Assembly (NCBI RefSeq): GCF_009857475.1
Contig: NZ_WWCJ01000003.1
Span: 55,833-79,832 of the forward strand
DNA from: Pseudoduganella guangdongensis
GTDB taxonomy: Bacteria > Pseudomonadota > Gammaproteobacteria > Burkholderiales > Burkholderiaceae_D
Direction: 5' to 3'
Length of the DNA: 24,000 bases
Under the pieces are notes generated by a model. That model saw nothing but the letters and a program-made list of their open reading frames with translations. It had not been told where the DNA came from and made no database searches. Each line of letters starts with the position of its first letter. Position 1 is the stretch's first letter. Shown here piece after piece: positions 7,022-24,000 of this stretch. Made by a program: the position numbers and the translations under genes.

Positions 7022-7953
7022 ATGCCCTGCTAAACCTGTTCATCCCGCTCATCGCCGCCGCTGCCGCTGCCGCCGCTGCCGAAACGCCGGCCCTGCGCAC
7101 AGCGGTAGTGCGGGGCGATGCGATTTGTATCCAACGCTCCGGCGCGGCCGCCACATGCTTCCAGCAAAACGGGCGCAGCAAAGCACTGCCGGTCTGGTCG
7201 CCCGACGGCCAGCGCCTGGCCTATTGGGAAGAGGGCAAGCTGAGCATCATCGATCAGCATGGCCAGTTGCTGCTGCAGAGAGTGGTCAAGCCGGTCGCGG
7301 CGGGCGAGGTGGCGGGCGGGATGCGCGTCGCCGAGGCCATGGAATGGCTCGACGGTGGCCGTCTGGTCGTCAGCGGCAGCGTCAACCCCACCTCCACCGA
7401 ATACCTGGTCTTCGACGCGGCGAGCGGGCAGCAGTTGTCCGCCCTGGCCGATGATTGGTATGGCGCCGCTTTCTCGCCGGACGGCCTGCATGTCGCCACC
7501 ATCGCCGGGCGGCCACATTTCTCCGGCAGGGCGCAGCGGCGGTCGACGCTGCTGGTTGACGGCAGGGCGGTGTTCGAATCGGCGGACGGGCGCGTGGACT
7601 TTACCGGCCGTCCCGTATGGTCCAGCGACAGCCGGCAGCTATCGGCGCCCATGTCCGATGAGCAGGGCCGGAACTACCTGCTGCGCTGGAAGACCGGCGC
7701 CGCCCATGCCATGCTGCAGCCGATGCTGGCGGCAGCAGCAACACCGGCAGCGAAAGGCAGCGCGCCGGGGCAGCGCCAGGGCGCGGCGTTGCCGCCGGCG
7801 CAGGAGCGCAACGATCCCTTGGGCGCAGCCCGCAGCATGCGCCGTGCGCTTCAGCGGGAAGCCGGCGTGCTGTCGGGACGGGCCGACTGGTGGTGCCAGG
7901 ACTGCGCTTTGTCCCGCCTGCCGCGCCGCACCGCCCTTGATGATTCCGACTGA
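7018..7953 (+). CDS. Secreted TolB-like / WD40-like beta-propeller repeat protein (hypothetical)
   Basis: The ATG at 7018 overlaps the upstream stop (ATGA) and lies 8 nt after a GGAGG SD (7005-7009). The track's 6940 start is a TTG inside the upstream gene. The hydrophobic N-terminus MNALLNLFIPLIAAAAAAAAAE has no basic n-region. Repeats include VWSPDGQRLAYW, AAFSPDGLHVATI and PVWSSDSRQLSAP. Confidence 0.6.
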   Translation: MNALLNLFIPLIAAAAAAAAAETPALRTAVVRGDAICIQRSGAAATCFQQNGRSKALPVWSPDGQRLAYWEEGKLSIIDQHGQLLLQRVVKPVAAGEVAGGMRVAEAMEWLDGGRLVVSGSVNPTSTEYLVFDAASGQQLSALADDWYGAAFSPDGLHVATIAGRPHFSGRAQRRSTLLVDGRAVFESADGRVDFTGRPVWSSDSRQLSAPMSDEQGRNYLLRWKTGAAHAMLQPMLAAAATPAAKGSAPGQRQGAALPPAQERNDPLGAARSMRRALQREAGVLSGRADWWCQDCALSRLPRRTALDDSD

Positions 7954-7964
7954 AGGAGGCTGCC

Positions 7965-8558
7965 ATGAAACGCCTGATTTGCCTCATCTTGTGGCTGTTC
8001 GTTGCGGGCTATGCCGCAGCCGGACCCTTGCGCTACACCCTGACGGGTAGCGCCGATGGGACGCTGGGCGGCGTCGGGTTCACCGGCGCCGGCATCCAGG
8101 TCACGGCGCTGGGCGATGCCGACGATGTCTTCGAGATTGACCAGGGAATCTGGCTCTTGCCATTGCCGCACCTCAGCGTCGTGCTGGCAGGGCAGGCGCC
8201 ATTGTTCGCGCGGGAGCAGGTGTTTTTCTTCGTCAACCAGAACAACGGGACAGCCGGCTTCCTCGATCAATTCAATGGCGACTTCCTTGATTTCAGCGCC
8301 GCCGGGCTGGCGGGATTTGACGGGGCCCATGCGTTCGGCCCGGCGCCGGCATCGCTTACCCTGCTGGTGCCTGTTGCCACCACGGGCGGACTGCTGCAGC
8401 TGGCATCGTTCGACAACGCGCAATTCAGCGTGGTGGAGGCGGTCGTCGGGCTGCCGCTTCCAGGCAGCGCGTGGCTGCTGCTGGCCGGGCTGGCGGCGTG
8501 GGTCTCAGCGGCCGGGCTGCGACAGGCGCATGACCCATTTGGTGAAGAAGAGCAGTAG
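7965..8558 (+). CDS. Secreted protein with a PEP-CTERM / VPLPA-CTERM-like C-terminal sorting signal (hypothetical)
   Basis: An AGGAGG SD lies 5 nt upstream. Signal peptide MKRLICLILWLFVAGYAAA-GP. The C-terminal VGLPLPGSAWLLLAGLAAWVSAAGLRQ is a Pro-rich motif followed by a TM helix and a basic residue, as in exosortase-sorted proteins. The tail is atypical: only one Arg, followed by the acidic extension AHDPFGEEEQ. Confidence 0.6.
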   Translation: MKRLICLILWLFVAGYAAAGPLRYTLTGSADGTLGGVGFTGAGIQVTALGDADDVFEIDQGIWLLPLPHLSVVLAGQAPLFAREQVFFFVNQNNGTAGFLDQFNGDFLDFSAAGLAGFDGAHAFGPAPASLTLLVPVATTGGLLQLASFDNAQFSVVEAVVGLPLPGSAWLLLAGLAAWVSAAGLRQAHDPFGEEEQ

Positions 8559-9047
8559 GACAGTGCCGAAAAAATCGCCCAGAGCCATCACGGCGAAGCT
8601 GTGCAGCAGATGCTCGCGGCCTTCATACAGGGCGAACCAGATGTGGTGCAGCAGGGGGCTGGCCAGCGAAAAGGCCACAGCGCAAACCAGCACCTGCAGC
8701 GGCGACAGACTGGCCAGTGAGCCCTTAAGGTCCAGCCAGCGCCTGGCGCCCAGGTAGACCAGGTAAGGCGCGACACTGGACAGCAGGCCGCCGGCGAAAG
8801 CGCGCACCGGATCGTCCGGGAAAAGGAAGAGGAAGCAGTACAGCCACGACACCAGCAGCAGCCCGATTGCGCCAGCCTCCGCAAAGAGCAGGGTGGCCAG
8901 CAAGCGCACCCCGGCCGGCAGGTAGATCCAGTTGATTCCTTCGGCGAATTCCAGCTGCTTGAACATCAACTCATTGATGAACAACGCGGCGCCATACATG
9001 ACCATCGTGGCGATGATCATCGCGTAATTCTGGCGAAGGTTGGTCAT
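8505..9047 (-). CDS. Integral membrane protein (about 5-6 TM helices), function unknown
   Basis: 180 aa with successive hydrophobic helices (IIATMVMYGAALFI, LLATLLFAEAGAIGLLLVSWLYCFLFLF, LLSSVAPYLVYLG, LQVLVCAVAFSLASPLL, FAVMALGDFFGTVLLLFF). I cannot assign a family from motifs alone. Confidence 0.6.
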   Translation of the reverse strand: MTNLRQNYAMIIATMVMYGAALFINELMFKQLEFAEGINWIYLPAGVRLLATLLFAEAGAIGLLLVSWLYCFLFLFPDDPVRAFAGGLLSSVAPYLVYLGARRWLDLKGSLASLSPLQVLVCAVAFSLASPLLHHIWFALYEGREHLLHSFAVMALGDFFGTVLLLFFTKWVMRLSQPGR

Positions 9048-9077
9048 AGAATCGCTTTGTCATGGACGATGCTGTAG

Positions 9078-9107
9078 ATCTTACCGAAAATGCACGTCCT
9101 GTTGCAA
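9078..9107 (-). promoter_or_regulatory. Candidate sigma-70 promoter for the 8505..9047 membrane-protein gene
   Basis: On the minus strand: -35 TTGCAA (9107..9102), an 18-nt spacer, and -10 TAAGAT (9083..9078). It lies about 30 nt upstream of the ATG at 9047. Confidence 0.3.
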
Positions 9108-9131
9108 CCAACTATATAAAAACCAGCGTTG

Positions 9132-9419
9132 TCAGCTGCCTGCCAGGGGCGTACCGAAGACGCCCACGGCCAATTCCATCCAGACCGCCAGCAGGCCGAT
9201 GCCGAGTACGATCGCCAGCACGGCTTTCTGCGCCCTGTCGTGCATGCGGCTGGCCAGCAGCACGTAACAGGCGCCCATGCCGGCCAGCAGCGCGCCCGCG
9301 AGGATGAAATCCACCAGGGTCCAGCGCACCTCGTCGGTGAACTGCATTGCCGCCAAAGGGATCAACAGTAGCGCGCCGGTGCCGAGGCCGACGCAGGCCA
9401 GCTGCCTGGGAATTGCCAT
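9132..9419 (-). CDS. Small membrane protein (95 aa, about 3 TM helices), function unknown
   Basis: This is ORF 9132..9509 trimmed to the ATG at 9419, 5 nt after an AGGAGA SD (minus strand ...AAGCAGGAGAGCATC-ATG). Sequence: MAIPRQLACVGLGTGALLLIPLAAMQF...DFILAGALLAGMGACYVLLA...AVLAIVLGIGLLAVWMELAVGVFG. Confidence 0.55.
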   Translation of the reverse strand: MAIPRQLACVGLGTGALLLIPLAAMQFTDEVRWTLVDFILAGALLAGMGACYVLLASRMHDRAQKAVLAIVLGIGLLAVWMELAVGVFGTPLAGS

Positions 9420-9604
9420 GATGCTCTCCTGCTTGTGTGGAGAACCTAATGTATTCCGCGAATGTGAAGCCATGATGCGCCCGGTATGCGGCGCGGTGCT
9501 GCCATGCATTAGCCAAGGTTATGCATGCGATGCAGAGGATTCATTTGTGGGTGCATGAAAAAAAGGGCAACATGGCACGACAATCAAAACAGCGGAGACG
9601 GTAC

Positions 9605-10384
9605 ATGCAACAGACGGGTGAACTGGCAGGGAAAGTGGCGTTGGTGACTGGCGGCGCTTCGGGCATTGGCCGCGCCACGGCGGAATTGTTTGCGCGCGAG
9701 GGGGCCACGGTGCTGATCGCCGACCGCGACGGGGCAGCCGGCGAACTGGCGGCGGCGGCGCTCGCCGCGAGCGGGGCGCGCGCCTCCTTCATCCGCACCG
9801 ACGTGGCGCTGGCGGCGGACTGCGAAGCGGCCGTGGCGGCAGCCGTGGCGCGCTACGGCCGGCTCGATGTGTTGTTCAACAACGCCGGGATTACCCGCCG
9901 CGCCAACGTGGTCCATACCACCGAGCAGGAATGGGACCAGGTGATGGCGGTGAACGTCAAATCGATCTTCCTGATGTGCAAATATGCCGTGCCGGTGATG
10001 CAGCAACAGGGCGGCGGCAGCATTATCAACACCGCTTCGGGCTGGGGCCTGGTGGGCGGCAAGGATGCGGTATCCTACTGCGCTTCCAAAGGCGCAGTGG
10101 TGATCATGACCAAGGCCATGGCGGTCGACCACGGCCCGCAGAATATCCGCGTCAACTGCGTCTGTCCGGGCGATACCGATACGCCCATGCTGCGCAATGA
10201 GGCGCAGCAGCTTGGCCTGGAACAGAACGCCCTGGTGGCGGCTGGCGCTGGCCGTCCGCTGATGCGCGTGGGCCAGCCGCCGGAAATCGCGCAGGCTGTG
10301 TTGTTCCTCGCATCGGATCGATCCTCCTTTGTCACCGGCGACGCACTGGTGGTGGACGGCGGCGGCCTGGCCGGCTCCGCATAA
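9605..10384 (+). CDS. Short-chain dehydrogenase/reductase (classical SDR)
   Basis: This is ORF 9521..10384 trimmed to the ATG at 9605, 6 nt after a GGAGA SD, giving a typical 259 aa. Cofactor motif VTGGASGIGRA, NNAGI, catalytic YCASKGAV (YxxxK), and PGDTDTPM. Confidence 0.85.
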   Translation: MQQTGELAGKVALVTGGASGIGRATAELFAREGATVLIADRDGAAGELAAAALAASGARASFIRTDVALAADCEAAVAAAVARYGRLDVLFNNAGITRRANVVHTTEQEWDQVMAVNVKSIFLMCKYAVPVMQQQGGGSIINTASGWGLVGGKDAVSYCASKGAVVIMTKAMAVDHGPQNIRVNCVCPGDTDTPMLRNEAQQLGLEQNALVAAGAGRPLMRVGQPPEIAQAVLFLASDRSSFVTGDALVVDGGGLAGSA

Positions 10385-20185
<9,801 letters not shown>

Positions 20186-20219
20186 CTGGTTCTCCTCTAG
20201 ATTGTTTTAGTGATTGCTA

Positions 20220-21353
20220 CTACACCGAAACAGGCCACATGGTCTGTTCCCGGTACCCAGTCATCACGGGCAGATACCCGTTGAATTCCGCATCGAGCTG
20301 CGCGTCGCCGCTGTCGATGCGCAGCACGCCGCCGTGCAGCGACAACAGCTTGTCGCGCGGCGCCAGCACGTGCAGCCCGCGTTTGCCCGCAGCTCGCAGC
20401 AGACGCGATGAAATTTGCTGGTTGCCGCGCCCCAGCACCATGCCCTGGCCGCCGATCGGCGACAGCACCAGGTGCAGCGGCGCTTCGCGCGCGGCGGCCA
20501 GGTCTTCCAGCTCCAGGCGCGTGGCATCGCGCGCCAGCAAAGTGCCGTCGCCCAGCACCGCGTCCACGCCGAGCAGGCTGCCCTCCACGCCCAGCACTTG
20601 CAACAAGGCTTGGGTAGTGGAGCCCGGCCCCACCATGTACAGCGCACGCGGGTCCATCGCCTCGGCGAAGCTGCGCGCGATCGCCAGGCGCTGCGCGCCG
20701 TCGCCGCTGGCATGGCGCGCTTTGCCGCCCTGCGTCAGGGCGGGTGCCAGCGGCAGCTGAAGGTAGCCGTACAGGCGCGGCAGGATCCGGCCGCGACGCA
20801 GCGCTTCCTCGTCCAGGTCCATCACTTCCGCTTCGCTATGCATGGCCAGGCCACCCTGTTGCAGTTGGCGCAGCAGCTGGCCGGCGGCGGTGGGGTGGTT
20901 GGCGAAGACCGCCGATTGCATCTTGACCCCGGCCGGCAGCCCCAGTACCGGAAGGGTTTCGCTGGCGCCGGCATCGCGCAGGCCGTCCAGCACATCGCGC
21001 GCGGTGCCGTCGCCGCCGGCGAAAAGCAACAGGTCGATGCCCATGCTGGCCAGCAGGCAGCTGGCGCGGCGCGTGTCCGCCGCTTGCGATGGCGACGTGA
21101 CCGGCACCACGGCGCTGGCCTGCAAGCCGGCCGCCTGCAAAGCGGCCAGGCCCATGGCGCCGTCGGCGGCGTACCAGCAGAAGCCGTGCGCAGTCTCGCC
21201 CAGCGCCTCGAACATGGCGGCCAGGCGCGCCGGTACTTGCGGCAGGCTGCACGCCGCCAGCGCGGCCTGCACGCAATCGGCGCCGTCCGAGCCTTTCAGC
21301 CCGGCCGGGCCGCCGATGCCGGCCCAGGGATTAACCACCAGCCCAAGCTTCAT
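20220..21353 (-). CDS. ATP-NAD kinase-fold protein, AcoX-like (not a housekeeping PpnK-type protein)
   Basis: 377 aa. The N-terminus MKLGLVVNPWAGIGGPAGLKGSDG is characteristic of AcoX-like members. It has the GGDGT motif (LLLFAGGDGTARDV). Its ATG overlaps the PB-subunit stop (ATGA at 21350-21353). Confidence 0.75.
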   Translation of the reverse strand: MKLGLVVNPWAGIGGPAGLKGSDGADCVQAALAACSLPQVPARLAAMFEALGETAHGFCWYAADGAMGLAALQAAGLQASAVVPVTSPSQAADTRRASCLLASMGIDLLLFAGGDGTARDVLDGLRDAGASETLPVLGLPAGVKMQSAVFANHPTAAGQLLRQLQQGGLAMHSEAEVMDLDEEALRRGRILPRLYGYLQLPLAPALTQGGKARHASGDGAQRLAIARSFAEAMDPRALYMVGPGSTTQALLQVLGVEGSLLGVDAVLGDGTLLARDATRLELEDLAAAREAPLHLVLSPIGGQGMVLGRGNQQISSRLLRAAGKRGLHVLAPRDKLLSLHGGVLRIDSGDAQLDAEFNGYLPVMTGYREQTMWPVSV

Positions 21354-22936
21354 GCCAGCCCGCGCTCGCCCAGTTTGCGCTGGTAGGCGCGCCAGGTGAT
21401 GCCCCAGCGTTCCGGATCGTCCAGCATTTCGCCCTGCACGCGGTGGGTCGGGCAGTTGTGCGGCGCGGTCTTCACCAGGTCCGGATTGCTGCGCGCCTCG
21501 CCGGCAATGTGGCGCATCACGCTGATGAACTCATCCAGGTCGGTGCGCGAGTAGGACTCGGTCGGCTCGATGGTGGCCGGTTCCGGCACCAGGTAGGGGT
21601 GGTGGCTGGTCCAGTAGTGCAGGCCAAAGTCGGCGGCGCGGAAGCCGATTTCCTCCGACGTCACGCCGGTTGCGTCGCACAAGGCCTTCCAGCTGTAGCG
21701 CACTTGTTCGATGCGGCGCTTGCCAGGGGCGTAGGGCGCGCTCATGCCGTCGATCTTCAACAACTCATGCATCATGTAGTTGTTGTTCAGTACCGCGATC
21801 TCGGACACGGCACGCAAGCCGTCCGCCCCCAGGTTCATGACCCAGGCATAGGCGCGCAGGATGATGCCGGCGGCGCCGGCAAAGCTGCTGATCTTGCCGA
21901 TCGATTGCGCGCCGCCGGGCACCAGCTGGTAGCAGCCATCCTTCTCGCGCACCAGTGGGCCGGGCAGGAAGGGCGCCAACGCCGCGGTGCAGCAGACGGC
22001 GCCCACGGCCGGCCCGCCGCAGGCGTGCGGCGTGGCGAAGGTCTTGTGCAGGTTGAAGTGACACAGGTCGAAGCCCGCCTCGCGCGCGCGGGCAATGCCC
22101 AGCAGGCCGTTGGCATTGGCCTGGTCGTACACGCACAGGCCGCCCACGGCGTGCACGGCGTCGACGAACTCGCGGATGCGGCTGTTGAAGATGCCCGTGT
22201 CTTCCGGGTTGGTGATCACCAGCGCGGCGGTGCGCGGCGAGATGGCCGCCTTCAGCGCTTCCAGGTCGGGGTAGCCGTCGGCATCGGGGTAGATGGTGAT
22301 GACCTTGTAGCCCACCAGCTTGGCGCAGGCCGCGTCGGACGGGTGGGAGAAGATGGTGGTGATAACTTCGTCGCGCTGCGCTGCTTCGCCGCGGCTTTCG
22401 TGCCAGGCGCGCACCATCGACATATTGGCGAAGATCGCCTGCGAGCCGCCGCGTGCCTGCAGCGATACCGTGTCCATGCCCGACACTTCGCACATCACGC
22501 CTTCCAGCTTGGCGATCACCTCCAGCATGCCCTGCACGGTGCTGTCCGGCTGGCGCGGGTGCAGCTCGGTCATGGCCGGCTGGCGCGCCAGCTGGTCGTT
22601 GATCTTGGGGTTGTACTTCATGGTGCAGGTGCCCTGGCCGACATCGACATTCAGGTCGGCGCCCAGGGTTTCCTGCGACAGGCGCAGGTAGTGGCGCAGC
22701 ACGCGGTTCTGCGACATCTCCGGCAGGCGGGGAGGGTTCTGGCGTCGCATTGAGGCCGGCAGTGCCGCCAGCGCTTGCCCCGCGGCGCGGGCGATTTCGG
22801 GCTCCACTTCCGGCAGCAGGATGCCGCGTTCGCCCGGCTGGCTCAATTCGAAGATGACTGGTTCATCCCAGCGCGCCTGGTGGTAGCGGCGCGGCTGCTG
22901 TTTGCGGTGGGCGGCGATATTGTCCATTGGTTTCAT
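21350..22936 (-). CDS. Glycine-dehydrogenase (P-protein) subunit 2-like PLP enzyme, divergent (GcvPB family)
   Basis: This is ORF 21350..22966 trimmed to the ATG at 22936, which overlaps the PA stop (ATGA). It is collinear with GcvPB: EPVIFELSQPGERG, TLGADLNVDVGQGTCTMKYNPK, LQARGGSQAI, the PLP-lysine block FNLHKTF, and IEPTESYS. The loop after the lysine is ATPHACGGPAVGAVCC instead of the canonical PHGGGGPGxGPxGV, so I give no gcvPB symbol. Confidence 0.8.
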   Translation of the reverse strand: MKPMDNIAAHRKQQPRRYHQARWDEPVIFELSQPGERGILLPEVEPEIARAAGQALAALPASMRRQNPPRLPEMSQNRVLRHYLRLSQETLGADLNVDVGQGTCTMKYNPKINDQLARQPAMTELHPRQPDSTVQGMLEVIAKLEGVMCEVSGMDTVSLQARGGSQAIFANMSMVRAWHESRGEAAQRDEVITTIFSHPSDAACAKLVGYKVITIYPDADGYPDLEALKAAISPRTAALVITNPEDTGIFNSRIREFVDAVHAVGGLCVYDQANANGLLGIARAREAGFDLCHFNLHKTFATPHACGGPAVGAVCCTAALAPFLPGPLVREKDGCYQLVPGGAQSIGKISSFAGAAGIILRAYAWVMNLGADGLRAVSEIAVLNNNYMMHELLKIDGMSAPYAPGKRRIEQVRYSWKALCDATGVTSEEIGFRAADFGLHYWTSHHPYLVPEPATIEPTESYSRTDLDEFISVMRHIAGEARSNPDLVKTAPHNCPTHRVQGEMLDDPERWGITWRAYQRKLGERGLA

Positions 22937-24000
22937 TGGCCGATTACTTTCTCTAACGTTGCGCAAAGCTGGTCGATATCTTCCTGCGTGTGGACTTCCG
23001 AAAAGGCGTACAAGGCCGACTGTCCCAATGCCGGGAAGTCGGTACTCAAATCGTGGCCGCCGAACACGCCCTGCTTGAGCAGGGCCGCATTGATGGCCGC
23101 CACCGGCAGCCCGGTGCCTTCGAAGTTGACGACGAACTCGCGGAAATGGCAGCTGCCTTCATGCGTCACCCGCACGCCGGGTATGCGCGCCAGGCGCTGC
23201 TTGGCGTAAGCGGTGCGCTGGACGATGCCCGTCGCCAGCTCAACCATGCCCTGTGGCCCCATCAGCGCCAGGAACACGCCGGCGGTAATGCCCCACAGCG
23301 CGGCGGCGGTGCCGACGAATTCATTGCCGTTCTCGCGTTTGTCGAACGAAGTGCGGCTGTAGGCGACGTCGCCAAAGCCGTACTCGCCGGGCACGCTGGT
23401 TGGCACAACGCCGAACAGGCGCGAGGGGTATTGCATGACGATGGCCGGGTCGTCGTGGCTTGCGATGAAGCCGCCCTGGCCGCCGCCGTAATTCATGTGG
23501 ATGCCGAGCGGCTGGATATCGCCGCACACAATATCGGCGCCATAGCTGGCGGGCGGCGCCAGCACCCCGAGCGACACCGGGTCGACACCAACCACCAGCA
23601 GCGCGCCCACGGCATGCGCGGCGGCAGCCAGCGCCGCGCCGTCGTCGATGGTGCCGAGGAAGGAAGGGATGTCCACGTAGAGCGCGGCGGTGTCGCGGTC
23701 AAGCAGGCCTGCCAGCGCAGCCATATCGAGCAGGCCGGAGGCGCGGTCGAACGGGGCCAGCACGAAATCCAGATCAGCGCGGCCGTAGTTCTGCATCACG
23801 GCCAGCTTGTCCGGATTGATATGGCCGGCGACCACCACCCGGCGGCGCCCGGTGTGCCGGCCCGCCATGCGCACGGTGGTTGCCGCCGCCTGCATGCCGT
23901 CGTACACCGGCACATTGACCACGTCCATCTCCAGCAGCTCGCCCATCATGCTGCAGTACTCGAACAGGGCCTGGAAGCGGCCATGGTCGTCATAGGGTTC
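22933..24000 (-). CDS. Glycine-dehydrogenase (P-protein) subunit 1-like protein, divergent (GcvPA family); the 5' end runs off the right edge
   Basis: The track begins this ORF at an internal Met (23949). The frame stays open to 24000, where reverse-complement translation reads EPYDDHGRFQALFEYCSMMGELLEMDVVNVPVYDG, matching the GcvPA pattern ...FE.Q....EL.GMDV.N.S.YDG. Other blocks are GADIVCGDIQPLGIHMNYGGGQGGFIA and a divergent SRTSFDKRENGNEFVGT. Confidence 0.8.
   Translation of the reverse strand, partial: EPYDDHGRFQALFEYCSMMGELLEMDVVNVPVYDGMQAAATTVRMAGRHTGRRRVVVAGHINPDKLAVMQNYGRADLDFVLAPFDRASGLLDMAALAGLLDRDTAALYVDIPSFLGTIDDGAALAAAAHAVGALLVVGVDPVSLGVLAPPASYGADIVCGDIQPLGIHMNYGGGQGGFIASHDDPAIVMQYPSRLFGVVPTSVPGEYGFGDVAYSRTSFDKRENGNEFVGTAAALWGITAGVFLALMGPQGMVELATGIVQRTAYAKQRLARIPGVRVTHEGSCHFREFVVNFEGTGLPVAAINAALLKQGVFGGHDLSTDFPALGQSALYAFSEVHTQEDIDQLCATLEKVIGQ

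Noticed and set aside
9121-9140. A possible terminator after the small membrane-protein gene (CAGC...GCTG followed by a T-run on the minus strand)
   Set aside because: The stem is only 4 bp and overlaps the stop codon, which is too weak to call.
20220-21353. Calling the 377-aa NAD-kinase-fold protein the housekeeping NAD kinase (ppnK/nadK)
   Set aside because: It is longer than typical PpnK (about 290-300 aa). It has the AcoX-type N-terminus (NPxAGxGGxxGLKGSDG) and is translationally coupled to a catabolic-looking operon. The exact function is left open.
20415-22753. + strand ORFs 20415..21386 (323 aa) and 21443..22753 (436 aa), plus alternate-frame minus-strand ORFs such as 21765..22493
   Set aside because: They mirror or overlap the AcoX-like and PB-like genes, which have GGDGT and NLHKTF motifs and ATGA coupling. 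The products are low-complexity.

Overview
GC-rich (roughly two-thirds G+C by eye) chromosomal DNA, probably from a beta- or gammaproteobacterium. This is inferred from a perfect CTGT-N8-ACAG LexA box, a PEP-CTERM-like sorting tail, a TonB-dependent receptor and E. coli-like polB/ebg genes. I support 16 protein-coding genes. Two of them run off the window edges and are therefore missing or truncated in the ORF track. I see no rRNA, tRNA, CRISPR array, transposase, integrase or terminal inverted repeats. Layout, left to right: S9 peptidase (-, partial) and S41 peptidase (+), divergent; a bidirectional terminator; a small outer-membrane beta-barrel (-); LexA-boxed polB (+); a three-gene operon of secreted proteins (+): a 3D/MltA-like domain protein, a beta-propeller and a PEP-CTERM-like protein; two membrane proteins (-); an SDR-ebgA-ebgC-APC permease operon (+) converging on a YgjK-type GH63 glucosidase (-); a terminator; a TonB-dependent receptor (-); an AcoX-type NAD-kinase-fold protein (-); and a divergent split P-protein-like pair, PB and PA (-, PA partial). 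Four gene junctions are ATGA stop/start overlaps (7018, 13369, 21350, 22933). Nearly every real gene has a long stop-free mirror ORF on the opposite strand, which is a GC3 artefact; I rejected all of these. I see no recognisable defence system or mobile element. The three most interesting items are: (1) the divergent P-protein-like PA/PB + AcoX-like + TBDR transcription unit; (2) an Ebg/YgjI/YgjK module conserved with E. coli but rewired, with an SDR replacing ebgR and a TBDR nearby; (3) the uncharacterised secreted triad downstream of polB. All functional calls rest on motif-level recognition from memory and on gene context. No database search was possible.
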